Positions 62,326 to 64,000 of a stretch of DNA of 64,000 nt are shown here, one piece after another (the stretch's first letter is position 1; each line of letters starts with the position of its first letter). The DNA is from the human T2T-CHM13v2.0 reference genome, Homo sapiens, in the NCBI RefSeq assembly GCF_009914755.1, contig NC_060927.1, one strand, 5' to 3'. The notes under the pieces are model-generated. The model made no database searches and was not told the DNA's origin. It saw only the letters and a program-made list of their open reading frames with translations. The translations under genes were made by a program, and so were the position numbers.

Positions 62326-62643
62326 AGTTAGACATTAACAAATTTTCTCATTTTAACTGCAAAAGAGGAGGTATAATCTTAAAAGGATCATTTTAAATTA
62401 AAAGTTAAAAACCTCCATGCTGCCTCTGAAACATATGACGGCCCCTGAGCACTGGGCTATGAGAACCTTGGCTTTATATGTGATGAGTTGATACCAAATA
62501 GACTGCAGACTCAAATACCAATAGTGCCATGCAAGTAGCATAAATGATGAAGAAGACAGGATATAAAACACCACAGTGCAAAAGGAATGAATAGACAGAC
62601 CCACTGCTACTCAGCCCTATGAAGAACTAGCCTCAGAAATGAT

Positions 62644-62778
62644 GGCCGAGGTGGGAGAATCACTTGAACCTGGGAGGCGGAGATTGCAGTCAGCCGACAT
62701 CGCACCATGGCACTCCAGCGTGGGTGACAGAGCGAGACTCTGTCTCAAAAAATAAAAAAAAAAAAGAAAAGAAAAAGA
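62644..62778 (+). mobile_element. 5'-truncated Alu (right arm, AluS-like)
   Basis: ggccgaggtgggagaatcacttgaacctgggaggcggag...gacagagcgagactctgtctc plus A-rich tail. Confidence 0.9.
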
Positions 62779-62819
62779 AATTGGGCTCTTTACCAACAGA
62801 TGCTCTAAGCGGTGCATAA

Positions 62820-63400
62820 AAAGTTTAAGGAGAAACTGGATATTTTAACCATATCTGCCCCAAATGTTTATAAATTACAAAAGGAAAAATAATATGTAAT
62901 TGGTATGATGCACTGAGGTCACAAAATTGCTTCTGTAGTCTTTTTGTCACAAGTGCATAACCTCAATCTAATAATGGGAAAAAAAATCAGACAAATCATA
63001 TTGAGAGATATTCTGTGAAGTAACAGACAATCTGTGAAGTACTCATATGTTCCGAGAAGTAACGTGTAAGTAACATTCTGTGAAGTGTTTATCAGAAGTG
63101 CCACAGTCATAAAAGACTGGGGGAAATTAGGGACTGTCACAGATTGATGGAAACTAAGGAAACACAACAACTATGCAACTACATATTATTTTATAAAAGC
63201 GGTGTAGGATCCTGGATCAGATTCTGGAATGGAGAAAGGACATTATTAGGAAATGCAGCGAAACTTGAATAAAGTCTGTAGTTCAGTTAAAAATATTGTG
63301 GGACATTTAATCAGGGGAAACTAGAGGAAGAGTATATATCACCTCCGTGATTTTTGCAAAATTTTGTTTAACATTAGTTCAAAATAAAAAGTTAAAAAAT
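62820..63400 (+). mobile_element. L1MC3/4-like 3' region
   Basis: gcataacctcaatctaataatgggaaaa...cagacaaa...gatcctggatcagattctggaa...tgaataaagtctgtagtt...ggggaaactagaggaagagtata. Confidence 0.75.
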
Positions 63401-63455
63401 GATAGCAGAAAAACAAAGAAAAGAAAAAAAATGATGGGATTCAGGAACTCCAACA

Positions 63456-63750
63456 CAACACTGACCTATAGAAACATAGTACAAGCCATGGATATAAGTC
63501 ACAGGTATAATTTTAAGTTATCTAGTAGCTAACTTACAGGAAATGAAAATGGCAAAATTAGTTTTAGTAATATATTTTGTTTAACCTGATATATCCAAAG
63601 TATTAAGATGTTAACATTGTAATCAATATAAAAATGTTAATGATATCGTCAACATTCTTTTGTACTGTCTTCAAAATCCAGATTCAATTCAGACTTTTCA
63701 AATTCTCAATAGCCACATGTGGCTAGTGGCTACTCTTTCGAATAGCATAG
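63456..63750. mobile_element. MER33 (opposite orientation to the copy at 57498)
   Basis: tatagaaacatagtacaagcca...ttttagtaatatatttt...ctcaatagccacatgtggctagtggctac. Confidence 0.8.
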
Positions 63751-63829
63751 CTCCACCACTATCAACTCTATACATCTTCTATTTCTGCTTCCTTCTGTGA
63801 GGATTTTGTTCTTTCTTGCTGTAGACTCA

Positions 63830-63990
63830 CCCTTCCTTCCTTCATTCATTCACCTACAAGAATTTATATATTCCAGGTATTGCTCTATGCACAAAACTGA
63901 CAATAATTCCTAACTTTCTGGAGCTCTCATTCTCAAGAGGAAGTGATTGACATAAACAGTGGCTATAGTAAATAAGTAAATTATAGTAAG
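63830..63990 (-). mobile_element. L2 3' end fragment
   Basis: ttcattcattca...ttccaggtattgctct...ggagctctcattct...gacataaaca. Confidence 0.5.
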
Positions 63991-64000
63991 AAGTGATAAG

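Overview
This is AT-rich, CpG-depleted primate (very probably human) non-coding DNA, either intronic or intergenic. The locus cannot be named from the sequence alone. I find no credible protein-coding gene, RNA gene or CRISPR array. The ORF-track entries come from Alu, low-complexity tracts or decayed L1 ORF2, or are chance ORFs. The window is a mosaic of transposable-element relics: about 11 Alu/FLAM elements (several with clear target-site duplications, TSDs), many MIR and L2 fragments, L1MC/L1ME/L1PA pieces, solo LTRs (THE1B, LTR18B, MLT1 types, three LTR16/LTR33-type) and hAT/mariner MITEs (MER20, MER5, MER58, MER33, MER63, MER103-like, MADE2). It also holds several microsatellites. The most notable items are: a ~420-bp almost pure-purine GGAA/GGGA tract with a ~124-bp internal duplication; a near-perfect 3x42-bp tandem triplication inside an ancient L1; an ultra-short L1PA insertion with a perfect TSD; nested insertions and deletion scars; and a few candidate enhancers and cryptic exons in unique sequence. 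I do not see evidence for a new multi-component biological system. Repeat subfamily names come from recalled consensus sequences and should be confirmed with RepeatMasker/Dfam. Boundaries of old repeats are approximate.
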